Source: an uncultured Erysipelotrichaceae bacterium | Lineage (GTDB): Bacteria; Bacillota_I; Bacilli_A; RFN20; CAG-826 | Direction: 5' to 3' | NCBI GenBank assembly: GCA_900316365.1 | Contig: ONCO01000001.1 | Coordinates: 3,675 to 67,674 of the forward strand | Length of the DNA stretch: 64,000 nt | The notes under the pieces: model-generated | The model's database searches: none | Seen by the model: the letters and a program-made list of their open reading frames with translations, nothing else | What the model was told of the DNA's origin: nothing | Position numbers and translations under genes: made by a program | Part shown: one piece after another, positions 1 through 8,104 of the stretch | Layout of the letters: each line of letters begins with the position of its first letter | Numbering within the stretch: position 1 is the stretch's first letter

Positions 1-1
1 A

Positions 2-61
2 CTTGAGGAATTGGTCGGCAAAATCGCTGAATCGACGAAAGACGAGGAGGGCAAAAGATGA
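2..61 (+). CDS. 3' end of an upstream CBS-domain (CNNM/hemolysin-family) gene, partial
   Basis: Frame 2 reads LEELVGKIAESTKDEEGKR*, containing the LEELVG motif that ends CBS pairs; its TGA overlaps the next ATG (ATGA 58-61). Confidence 0.6.
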   Translation, partial: LEELVGKIAESTKDEEGKR

Positions 62-1347
62 AGACTGTTGCTTATATCATTGCCATCTGCGTTTTGCTCC
101 TTTTCTGCGCCTTCTTCGCGATGGCTGACACGGTTTATACCACCGTCAATAGACTCCGTTTGGAGAAGAAAGCCAAAGCCGGCTCTAAGGTTGCTAAAGC
201 TGCCTTACGCCTCGCGGATGATTACGAAAAGACCATCGCGACCATCCTCTTTGGTAACGACCTCGCTTCCTTGATTGCCCCAGTCATCGGCACCCTTCTG
301 GCGTATCAAATCTGGGGTGCGGATAACTCGATGGCCCCGACTTATATGTCGATTATCCTTATCCTTTCCGTTTTGCTCTTTGGCGAAATCATGCCTAAGG
401 CCTTCGGTAAGATCTATAGCTATCAGTTGTCATTGGCCTTTGTTTATCCAATCCGCTTCTTCCAGATCATCTTCTTCCCATTCGTCTTCGTCACCGCGAA
501 GATCGCCGAATTCTTGGCTAAGCCATTCGGTCCTAAGAAAGCGGTGGATGATGAAGCCGCAAGCGAGGAGATGCTCCTTACCATGATCGATGAGATTGAG
601 GACGAAGGCATCATCGATGAATCTAAGTCTACGTTGTTACAAAGATCCATCGGCTTCAAAGACACGACGGTTGAAGAGATTATGACCCCTCGCGTCGATA
701 TCGTTGGCTATAACACCGAGCATGACTTCAATGCCTGGGTCAAAGAACCTGGGGCCTTACGTCATTCCCGCATCATCGTCTATAACCAGTTCTTCGATAG
801 AATCATCGGCTATATCCCAACCAAGTCGTTGCTTAAAGCGATGCTCACGAACGAAAAGAAGCTTGATTATAAGTCCTTGCTCCTCCCTATCCTCGCCGTT
901 CCAAGCACGATGGAGGTTTCCAGCGTTCTTAAGTTGATGAAGAAGAGCCATCACCATATCGCCGTCGTCAAAGACGAATATGGCGGAACCGATGGCATCT
1001 TGACCCTTGAGGATATCCTTGAGGAACTTGTCGGCGAGCTCTATGACGAATCGGAGACCATCCACCTTGATGTTGTTCCAACCAAGAAACGCAATCTCTT
1101 CTTAGTCTCTGGCAAGATGGGCATCCATGACTTCTTCGACCGTTTCAACATGGACCAGGACAAGGTAGACGAAGACTATAACACCGTCTCCGGCTGGGTC
1201 ATCGATAAGCTTGGCCGTTTCGCAGTGGTAGGGGACTCTTTCTCCTACGGTCGCGTCGACGTCGAAGTCAAAAAGACGACCGAGTATACGGTCAAGGAAC
1301 TCGAAGTCAAATATCACCCAAGACGCAAGATAAAAGACGACGAATGA
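58..1347 (+). CDS. Hemolysin/CNNM family protein (DUF21 TM + CBS pair + CorC_HlyC)
   Basis: N-terminal TM helices, FGEIMPK, IMTPRVDI, DEYGGTDGILTLEDILEELVGE, C-terminal YNTVSGW motif. Confidence 0.92.
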   Translation: MKTVAYIIAICVLLLFCAFFAMADTVYTTVNRLRLEKKAKAGSKVAKAALRLADDYEKTIATILFGNDLASLIAPVIGTLLAYQIWGADNSMAPTYMSIILILSVLLFGEIMPKAFGKIYSYQLSLAFVYPIRFFQIIFFPFVFVTAKIAEFLAKPFGPKKAVDDEAASEEMLLTMIDEIEDEGIIDESKSTLLQRSIGFKDTTVEEIMTPRVDIVGYNTEHDFNAWVKEPGALRHSRIIVYNQFFDRIIGYIPTKSLLKAMLTNEKKLDYKSLLLPILAVPSTMEVSSVLKLMKKSHHHIAVVKDEYGGTDGILTLEDILEELVGELYDESETIHLDVVPTKKRNLFLVSGKMGIHDFFDRFNMDQDKVDEDYNTVSGWVIDKLGRFAVVGDSFSYGRVDVEVKKTTEYTVKELEVKYHPRRKIKDDE

Positions 1348-1351
1348 AAAT

Positions 1352-1385
1352 AGGCCTCACTATTTGCGTGAGGCCTTCTTTTTTA
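1352..1385. terminator. Hairpin terminator between convergent genes
   Basis: AGGCCTCAC-N7-GTGAGGCCT followed by T-rich run. Confidence 0.65.
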
Positions 1386-1911
1386 ACGCTTCTATATAGG
1401 TGGTATAGACGAGGTTAGCGATCTCTTCGATGCTTTTACCTTCGGTAGCGATCTCATAGTCGGTATGTCCGATGGCTTCCTTAGAGAAGGCCACGCGGTC
1501 ATTGACGATACGTTTTTCGATCGCTTCTTTGGCATCGCCTCTAATGCCCATTCTCTCTCTTCTGGTTTCTTCTTCCGCGGTGAGGAGGAAGGTGATGAGG
1601 CTTGGGTCATTGAGGGATTGGAATTTCTTTAAGCCATTTGGGTCAAGGATGACGACTTTGTCTTTGGCGATCTCTTTTTTCGAGCAGCCATAGTAGTTGC
1701 CATTATAGAGGGTATTCTCGATGAGTTTCCCTTCGTCCCAGAGGCGTTGGAATGTTTCTTTCGTGACGAAATGATAGTCAACCCCATCGACCTCGCTTGG
1801 GCGGATAGGCCTGGAGGTATGGGTGATGGCTTTCTTCATGCCGAATTTGGACAGCAAGACTTTCGCGACTTCCGTTTTGCCTGAAGCCGAGGCGCCGATT
1901 AAAAGAATCAT
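1360..1911 (-). CDS. gmk: Guanylate kinase
   Basis: GASASGKT P-loop, THTSRPIRPSEVDGVDYHFV, GNYYG; ATG at 1911 preferred as start. Confidence 0.9.
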   Translation of the reverse strand: MILLIGASASGKTEVAKVLLSKFGMKKAITHTSRPIRPSEVDGVDYHFVTKETFQRLWDEGKLIENTLYNGNYYGCSKKEIAKDKVVILDPNGLKKFQSLNDPSLITFLLTAEEETRRERMGIRGDAKEAIEKRIVNDRVAFSKEAIGHTDYEIATEGKSIEEIANLVYTTYIEALKKKASRK

Positions 1912-1997
1912 ATGGCTGATTATAAGCAATTTATCGCCATATTTGGGAGATTTTTATACAGTATCAAAAATCTTTTCGATGCAAGAGTCGATTTCCT

Positions 1998-2017
1998 TAC
2001 TACTTCCTAAGTAGGAG
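1998..2017 (+). promoter_or_regulatory. Conserved 20-bp promoter/RBS motif upstream of the pilus operon
   Basis: TACTACTTCCTAAGTAGGAG; 18/20 identical to 37113-37132. Confidence 0.5.
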
Positions 2018-2024
2018 GGCCCAT

Positions 2025-2375
2025 ATGGAAATTGAGCTGCTAAACGTTTCTATGAGCACGAAGGAACTCGTCGGATACGTCAAAAGTATCTACCGTTCGG
2101 CTTTGCTAGATCTCGGTCGGAGTCCTGATTCGCATATCTACGAACTAGGGGAACAGGATTTCTATTTAAGCAAGGAGCAGGAGAGGAGTAGGAAGAAGCT
2201 AGAGGAGATAGCTCTTTTCTATGCCTCTTTACCTAAATTCGAAGGCGAGATCTTCATCAATGATTGCCTCGAGTCCGGGCGTCATTATAGGTATTGGTAT
2301 CTTGGGGGCGCGGGCGTGAAGAATTACCAACGTTCCAAGAAGAACCTCTTCCTTAAGCTTAGGGAGGCTTTCTGA
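2025..2375 (+). CDS. Hypothetical protein, MG284/MPN403-like
   Basis: 116 aa, strong RBS; C-terminal IFIND..WY..YQR.KK..F pattern resembles the mollicute MG284/MPN403 family (recalled, not searched). Confidence 0.5.
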   Translation: MEIELLNVSMSTKELVGYVKSIYRSALLDLGRSPDSHIYELGEQDFYLSKEQERSRKKLEEIALFYASLPKFEGEIFINDCLESGRHYRYWYLGGAGVKNYQRSKKNLFLKLREAF

Positions 2376-3460
2376 TGAAGAAGCGATTTCGGGCTTTTCT
2401 TTTTCTTCCTGCCCTTACTTGTTTTTCTCTTGCCTCGTGCGGTTCTAAGACGGAAGAGGAAAGATGCTCCTACCTCCATGAGCTCGCGAAGCCATCGGCC
2501 ATAGATACCACCAACGAACTAGGCTCCTTCTCTGGCGGTAACTTAGGTCCGTTAATCAAGGGGCAGCTCTTCTCAACCACGATTGATTTCCAGGCTTCAA
2601 GCGCGGGCGCCTTTATCTTTGAAACCTACTTCGTAGTAGGTAGCAAAAGAACAAGGGTAGGGGGCTCTTCCTTCAGCGAGACCTATTACGCTTCATCGCT
2701 TAAAAAGAGCTATACGATCGAAGTTCCGTCTTCTTTGCTTAATTCCGATGATGGGGGCAAGTTCGAAGTCAAAGTTCGCAAGACCAGCGGCACGAATGCG
2801 AATAAGAGCTATTCCTGGAGCGTAAACGTCCCTTTGGGCAAAACCGGGGAGATAGCGACGTATGATTGCAAAGAGAGTGTAAGTTTCCCTTCCTATTACT
2901 TTTATTGGAGCAGCCCGAATCATTTGACTCCCTATTCTTTAAACGTCTCAATCGATGCTTCAGAGAGCAGGAAGCTCCTATACAAGGAACAAGATAACGA
3001 CGCCTACGATTACATATTGATGTCTGCTCCGGCCGTCTACATCGATTATAGAGGCAAAGGCACGGCCTCCTTTGAGGCGGAACTATGGCTATTCGACCAC
3101 TTTGAGGATTTCCCTTTAGCTAAAACTGGCAACCATATCGCCATCCCCATGAAAAGCGTTTATGTCTATGGTGGCGGCATCCATCTTTTAAGGTGCAGCG
3201 ACACTTACTGTTATAGCCGCGTAAACCTGGAGATGAGGAAACCAGGCGATATCAGGGATAACGATATCGTCTCGAATAACATCTTCTTACCTATAGGTAA
3301 GGGCAGGGTGAATGAGAAATATAATTTCTCCCTCCATATCCTCAATATCGGACCCCTTAAATGCGGCGTTCTTATTCCTGGATTTTTCTTACGTCACAAA
3401 GAGCATTACGGGAACCCCTTCTATGGGGAATACACCCTTAAATGCGGTTTGGGGGAATAG
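2375..3460 (+). CDS. Lipoprotein of unknown function in the pilus operon
   Basis: MKKRF..LASC lipobox; start overlaps upstream stop. Confidence 0.75.
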   Translation: MKKRFRAFLFLPALTCFSLASCGSKTEEERCSYLHELAKPSAIDTTNELGSFSGGNLGPLIKGQLFSTTIDFQASSAGAFIFETYFVVGSKRTRVGGSSFSETYYASSLKKSYTIEVPSSLLNSDDGGKFEVKVRKTSGTNANKSYSWSVNVPLGKTGEIATYDCKESVSFPSYYFYWSSPNHLTPYSLNVSIDASESRKLLYKEQDNDAYDYILMSAPAVYIDYRGKGTASFEAELWLFDHFEDFPLAKTGNHIAIPMKSVYVYGGGIHLLRCSDTYCYSRVNLEMRKPGDIRDNDIVSNNIFLPIGKGRVNEKYNFSLHILNIGPLKCGVLIPGFFLRHKEHYGNPFYGEYTLKCGLGE

Positions 3461-3462
3461 AG

Positions 3463-3852
3463 ATGGAGAACATGTTCCTTTGGAGTCTGATCCTTATCTT
3501 CTCGGTCCTCTCCTTCAACTTCAATTTCACCCTTTCCGGGGTCAATAGGGCCTTCTTGGGTCTATTTAAGGCCATCCCGATGAATAACGTCATGGCCTTC
3601 GAAAGCTATGGCGATAGGACGATTCCTTATTTCGATGAGGCAAGCCTAGAGGCGGCATCTAGAGCTTATGTCGCGGAGAGTCTTAGCCCTTATGGAGTTA
3701 AGGCTGATCTTTCCTTTAAGTATCGGACCATCGCTCCATTAAAGGGGAGTCGGCATAACTACGTCTCCGTGACTATGAAGAGCGATCTTGGCCTCTATGG
3801 CGAATTCACCAAGAGCCTACATTTTTCAATCGAGGCAAGCGGACATGAATGA
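3463..3852 (+). CDS. Pilin-like/TadE-like membrane-anchored protein
   Basis: N-terminal hydrophobic helix then soluble domain; lies directly before the CpaF ATPase. Confidence 0.5.
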   Translation: MENMFLWSLILIFSVLSFNFNFTLSGVNRAFLGLFKAIPMNNVMAFESYGDRTIPYFDEASLEAASRAYVAESLSPYGVKADLSFKYRTIAPLKGSRHNYVSVTMKSDLGLYGEFTKSLHFSIEASGHE

Positions 3853-4810
3853 CGAGAGATTAAAAGAATTCGTGGAAGCTTCTTTCCTTAAGCCTCTCCT
3901 CTTTAAAAAAGGCGTGACTGATATCTCCTATAACGGCGAGGAACTCTTTTATGAGACTAACCTCGAAGGCAGGAAGAAGGCGCGTCTTGAGGTCGATAGG
4001 AAAACAGTAGGCGACTTCCTAAGGCAAATCGCCAATTACGGCGAGAAGCAATTCTCCTTCAGCGAGCCGTTTTTAGACCTCTCCTTTTCCCGTTATAGGC
4101 TTAACGCCGCCTTCACGAATATCGTGAGGGTCAAAGACGGCAGGAGCTATTCCTTTTCCCTCCGAATCCTCGGTGAGCAAAGCGTCATCAAGGACAATTC
4201 CCCCTTCTTTGAAGGGGAAGCCAGGGAAATATTGGTCAAGGCCATCAATAACGGCGAATCAATCGTTATCGGTGGCATCACCTCCAGCGGAAAAACCGAA
4301 CTCCAGAAATACCTCTTATTGCACCTAAAGGAGGCGACTAGAGTCATCGTCGTCGATAACCTCCAAGAATTAGAAAGGATCCGTGGGGCATCCGGGATTG
4401 ATCTAACCTCCTGGCAGGTCGATGAAAGATATAACGCCTCCACCTATTCCTCGCTTATTAGAAACGCCTTAAGGAACTGTCCTGATTTGATTGTCGTCGC
4501 CGAGGCCAGGGGCGCGGAGATGAATGAAGCCATCACTTCCGTTTCTTCAGGGCACCCCATCCTCATGACTATCCACTCAAAGGATTTGGTGTCCATGCCA
4601 GAACGAATGGTTAGGCTAGCCCTATTAGGCGGTCAAAGAATCCTTAGGGAAGAACTCCTTGAGGAGGTCTATCACCATTTCACCATCTTTGTTTATCTGG
4701 CCAAGAAGATAAAAGAGGATGGGACCATCTTCCGTTATGTCCAAAGCATAGGAAGGCTGAACGAGAAAGAGATGAAGATGGACATCATCTACGAAAGGAA
4801 GGACGTATGA
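3845..4810 (+). CDS. CpaF/TadA/VirB11-family secretion ATPase
   Basis: VTDISYNG, Walker A GITSSGKT, ALRNCPDLIVVAEARG, His box SGHPILMTIH. Confidence 0.9.
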   Translation: MNDERLKEFVEASFLKPLLFKKGVTDISYNGEELFYETNLEGRKKARLEVDRKTVGDFLRQIANYGEKQFSFSEPFLDLSFSRYRLNAAFTNIVRVKDGRSYSFSLRILGEQSVIKDNSPFFEGEAREILVKAINNGESIVIGGITSSGKTELQKYLLLHLKEATRVIVVDNLQELERIRGASGIDLTSWQVDERYNASTYSSLIRNALRNCPDLIVVAEARGAEMNEAITSVSSGHPILMTIHSKDLVSMPERMVRLALLGGQRILREELLEEVYHHFTIFVYLAKKIKEDGTIFRYVQSIGRLNEKEMKMDIIYERKDV

Positions 4811-5523
4811 TCGACGCGTTTATCCTCCTTTTGCCTTGCTCCTTTGGCCTACTCGCCTTTTGGCTAAGCGATAACTTAATCATCGCCATTTCGATTGCCT
4901 TAATTTACCTACTTTCCGCCTTCTTTTTGCTTAAGCCTTGGATGAAGTCTCTCTACGAGAGAAGGCGTAAAAGGAAGGAGAGTTTCCGTTTTATCTCCTC
5001 CTTCGTTATCTCTTTGGCCTTAACCGGTTCCTTGGAGAAAAGCTATGACGGGGCGATAAGCGACGCTTCAGGCGAATTTGGCTCAGTGGTCAAAGGCATA
5101 GAAAGCGAGGCCGTCAGAGACCGCATCGTCTATCTCAATAACTATTTCGAGATGGAGAGCTACCGCATGTTCTTAAGTCTCTATTCCTTATATGAGGCCC
5201 AAGGCGGGGACCTCCTTGATATCTCCAAAGGGCTTCTAGACGAATTAACAAGAATCGAAGAAAGCGAGAATGCGATTGAAAAGGAGGGGAAGGCCTCAAT
5301 GAGGGAGTACCTCATCATGTGGGTAATCTCCCTGGGCATCTTCTCTTTCCTTCGCCTTGGCTTAGCCAACTTCTATGACGCCTTGGAGAAGAACCCATTC
5401 TTCCTTTGCTCCATCTCCATCTTCTTCGCTTTCTTCTTAGGCTCGATCCTTTTCTATTTCTACGTCTATTCCGGTAAGCCGAAGCTCTCATTCAGGAGGA
5501 AAAAGCATGAAGAAAAGAAATGA
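4807..5523 (+). CDS. TadB-like pilus assembly platform protein
   Basis: TM-cytoplasmic-TM topology with YEAQGGDL motif, directly after the ATPase. Confidence 0.7.
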   Translation: MIDAFILLLPCSFGLLAFWLSDNLIIAISIALIYLLSAFFLLKPWMKSLYERRRKRKESFRFISSFVISLALTGSLEKSYDGAISDASGEFGSVVKGIESEAVRDRIVYLNNYFEMESYRMFLSLYSLYEAQGGDLLDISKGLLDELTRIEESENAIEKEGKASMREYLIMWVISLGIFSFLRLGLANFYDALEKNPFFLCSISIFFAFFLGSILFYFYVYSGKPKLSFRRKKHEEKK

Positions 5524-6175
5524 GATGTGGGACGCGCTTGGGCTAGACCCAAAGAAAGAATATGCGAAGCTCTTTGCTTTGGAGTTTCTTTTAATCGCGA
5601 TCGCTATCGGAAGCTATCTCTATCTAAGACGTATCTTCATCCTTCCGGGCGTGGCCATCTTCGCCTTGGTATTCGGCTTCTTCTATTTCAGCCGTTACGA
5701 CATCTTGCTTAAGGAAAAAGAACAAAGGGCGACGGACCAATTCGTCGAAAGCTTTACCTATTTCTCGATCTATATCAGCAATGGCTATAACGTTTACCGC
5801 GCCTTAGAGGAGGCGTCGTTATTATCCCAAAGCGACATCAAGCCATATTTCGATGAACTGCTTGATGGCATAGATAACGATAAGAGCCTCGCCCCGTTTC
5901 TAGCTTTCTCCAAACATTTCTCCTCCCTATCCATAAAGGAGGTCATGTTAAGCGTCTATCAGATGGTCGATGAAGGTGGTGGAATGGCCCATATCAGGCA
6001 ATTCGAAAGCCTCTTCGCCTCCTTCAGCGAGGAACGCCATCTCTTAGAGAGGGAGAGGAAGAAAAAGACCTTAGGGAACATGCAGGCCTTCCCGCTTATC
6101 GGAAGTGGGCTAACCATGCTTACCTTAACGGCCTCTTTAGTCATCATCATGGGGAGTATCTACAATGTCTTATAA
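5507..6175 (+). CDS. TadC-like (T2SS F domain) protein
   Basis: ISNGYNVYRALEE motif, TM helices at both ends, tandem with the TadB-like gene. Confidence 0.7.
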   Translation: MKKRNEMWDALGLDPKKEYAKLFALEFLLIAIAIGSYLYLRRIFILPGVAIFALVFGFFYFSRYDILLKEKEQRATDQFVESFTYFSIYISNGYNVYRALEEASLLSQSDIKPYFDELLDGIDNDKSLAPFLAFSKHFSSLSIKEVMLSVYQMVDEGGGMAHIRQFESLFASFSEERHLLERERKKKTLGNMQAFPLIGSGLTMLTLTASLVIIMGSIYNVL

Positions 6176-6512
6176 GTTCTCATTGCTCCTATCGATGTTT
6201 TTCTTAGTTCAGGTGTTTTTATACGCCGGGGACTTAGCTTGCATCGAATCGATACATAGTCAGCTAGACGCCATCTCGCTTACCGCTTCATATCAAATAT
6301 CGATGCAAGGCGGGCTGAACGATAGCATTGCCAAATTCGTCTACGAAGAAGCGAAGGCGAAGATCTATTACACCGACGATAAACAGTCATACAAAGCCTA
6401 TGGGGAATCGGTCTCTTTTTATGTGAGCCGCGATTACATCCCATTCGTTATCTCAGATAAGGCGATCGCCATCACCGTCAGACGCAGCGCGGTGATCGGC
6501 TATTTCCAATGA
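6165..6512 (+). CDS. Minor pilin-like (TadE/F-like) protein
   Basis: N-terminal hydrophobic helix and small beta-rich domain; overlaps tadC-like stop. Confidence 0.55.
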   Translation: MSYKFSLLLSMFFLVQVFLYAGDLACIESIHSQLDAISLTASYQISMQGGLNDSIAKFVYEEAKAKIYYTDDKQSYKAYGESVSFYVSRDYIPFVISDKAIAITVRRSAVIGYFQ

Positions 6513-6530
6513 AAGAAAGGAGGTGGAGTT

Positions 6531-6680
6531 ATGGGAGAAATCAAAGGGCAGCTTCTCGGCATCATTCTCGTTCTTACCATTTTCGCCCTCGTCGGCGGTG
6601 TCATGGTCAGTGCCTTTAATAGCAGCACAAGCACTATCTCCAGCCGCATCGCGGCCGAGGATAACTGGGACGGAAAATAG
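6531..6680 (+). CDS. Flp-like major pilin, 49 aa (not in the ORF track)
   Basis: RBS AAGGAGGTGG; MGEIKG|QLLGIILVLTIFALVGGVMVSAFNSSTSTISSRIAAEDNWDGK*: class III signal-like leader plus hydrophobic helix. Confidence 0.75.
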   Translation: MGEIKGQLLGIILVLTIFALVGGVMVSAFNSSTSTISSRIAAEDNWDGK

Positions 6681-6749
6681 ACGAAAATTCTTCAAATTGA
6701 AGGCCATGTGGCAACCTTCTATAATAGTTGGGCGAGGTAATACCAACAT

Positions 6750-6983
6750 ATGGCCGGAAAACAAATCGAACAAATCAAAAAATTATTCTGCGAAAGACTT
6801 GCTGTCGCCAATCTTGATGAGAACAAATCCCTCGAAGAACTTGGCTTGGACAGCTTAGACGTCGTCGATATGTGCTTAGACGTCGAAGATAAATTCGGCG
6901 TGCATTTCGAGACTGAGGAACTCGTGGCCTTCAAGACCGTGAAAGACCTCTTTGAGGCGATCGAAAAGAAACTCGGCGAATAA
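6750..6983 (+). CDS. acpP: Acyl carrier protein
   Basis: 77 aa, acidic, LGLDSLD phosphopantetheine site. Confidence 0.92.
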   Translation: MAGKQIEQIKKLFCERLAVANLDENKSLEELGLDSLDVVDMCLDVEDKFGVHFETEELVAFKTVKDLFEAIEKKLGE

Positions 6984-6995
6984 GAAATTGATACG

Positions 6996-7024
6996 AAAGA
7001 GGCGGCGTCGTACCGCCTCTTTTT
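6996..7024 (+). terminator. Intrinsic terminator after acpP
   Basis: AAAGAGGCGG-N7-CCGCCTCTTTTT. Confidence 0.8.
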
Positions 7025-7053
7025 GTTTCCTAAGATAATGCGTCATTTTTTTG

Positions 7054-7082
7054 TTGCAAAGGCGCTTTCATTACACTATTAT
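7054..7082 (+). promoter_or_regulatory. Sigma-A promoter of the tRNA pair
   Basis: TTGCAA-N17-TATTAT, 26 nt upstream of tRNA-Asn. Confidence 0.6.
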
Positions 7083-7108
7083 TTGTCATGCGCTTCAAAG
7101 CGCAACGC

Positions 7109-7183
7109 GCGCACTTAGCTCAGCGGTAGAGCAATCGGCTGTTAACCGATCGGTCGGAGGTTCGAACCCTCTAGTGCGCGCCA
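7109..7183 (+). tRNA. tRNA-Asn (GTT)
   Basis: GCGCACT/AGTGCGC acceptor stem, anticodon loop CT-GTT-AA, GTTCGAA T-loop, encoded CCA. Confidence 0.97.
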
Positions 7184-7185
7184 CT

Positions 7186-7262
7186 GGCCCGTTGGAGAAG
7201 CGGCTTAACTCACATGCCTTTCACGCATGCATTCACGCGTTCGAATCGCGTACGGGTCACCA
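7186..7262 (+). tRNA. tRNA-Glu (TTC)
   Basis: GGCCCGT/ACGGGTC stem, CATGC-CTTTCAC-GCATG anticodon arm, GTTCGAA, ACCA end. Confidence 0.97.
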
Positions 7263-7302
7263 ACTTAGTTAAATGGGATTGATACAATGTGTCAGTCCTT
7301 TT
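7260..7302 (+). repeat. Cassette-junction repeat, copy 1 (tRNA CCA + 12 nt + TGAT/TCAG hairpin; attL-like)
   Basis: CCA-ACTTAGTTAAAT-GGGATTGATACAATGTGTCAGTCCTTTT; closely matches 15001-15044. Confidence 0.7.
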
Positions 7303-7324
7303 ATTTTTTTGTTATCATGTGTAT

Positions 7325-7876
7325 ATGAAAAAAAGTATTAAAGCTTTGTTATATATTCAAATGATATTAGTCCTTGTTGGTCTGCTTACCCAACTTGGGT
7401 TATTTATCTTTGCCATTGCGAACAACTTAAACGCTCTAATGATTGTTAGCTATGGTGTTTTACTGTTGGCCCATGTCGGAGCGATAGTGTACGGCATTAT
7501 TGGATATAAGAGAGGCCCAATTAGATACATTCTTCTTGTATCATCATTCCTTTTAGCTATTTTGTTAAACATCATTTTGCCATTTAGAGATATTCCTCAA
7601 AGAATCTCGTTAGTGTTATTGTTCGGACTCATGTCTGTATTCATGCTCAAACAAGATGATTATAAGTTTACTAACTACTTGATTTTGGTTGCAGTAGTAG
7701 TGGCGTTATTCTTCTCTATTTATTCTTCAATCAATGCGAATCCTAACGCTTTAGGGGATGTTAAATATAAAGAATTAGCAACAGTGTTCATGTATTTATC
7801 CATCTTTGCCCCTGTGATGTTCGTTGGTTTCTTTGGCGTCTCTTATAACGCTAAAAAGAGCTTAAAAAGCTATTAA
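7325..7876 (+). CDS. Multi-pass membrane protein (AT-rich cassette)
   Basis: About 6 hydrophobic segments; visibly AT-richer than core genes. Confidence 0.8.
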   Translation: MKKSIKALLYIQMILVLVGLLTQLGLFIFAIANNLNALMIVSYGVLLLAHVGAIVYGIIGYKRGPIRYILLVSSFLLAILLNIILPFRDIPQRISLVLLFGLMSVFMLKQDDYKFTNYLILVAVVVALFFSIYSSINANPNALGDVKYKELATVFMYLSIFAPVMFVGFFGVSYNAKKSLKSY

Positions 7877-7906
7877 AGAAATAGCGTTCGGTCTGTGATT
7901 GTTGGT

Positions 7907-7983
7907 GTTCGGTTGTATCAAAACACTGAAACCCTGCCAGTTAGAGATTCAAAGCCTTGATATGAAATATCAGGGCTTTTTTT
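7907..7983 (+). repeat. Cassette-junction repeat, copy 2 (33-mer + hairpin)
   Basis: GTTCGGTTGTATCAAAACACTGAAACCCTGCCA, then AAAGCCTTGATA-TGAAA-TATCAGGGCTTT and a T-run. Confidence 0.7.
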
Positions 7984-8104
7984 GTGCATCGGTTCGATCG
8001 CTAGAGTTTGATCGCCTTTTTTTGCTATCATAAAGGCAACCAAGAAACATAGAAAAAACAAAAAGTCTTTACGCTTTTTCTTGATTTAGAGACAGGAGGT
8101 TTTT

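Noticed and set aside
6523-6858. 111-aa ORF in the ORF track
   Set aside because: Overlaps the RBS-supported Flp pilin (6531-6680) and acpP in other frames; no recognisable features
7051-7272. 73-aa ORF
   Set aside because: Runs across two clear tRNA genes
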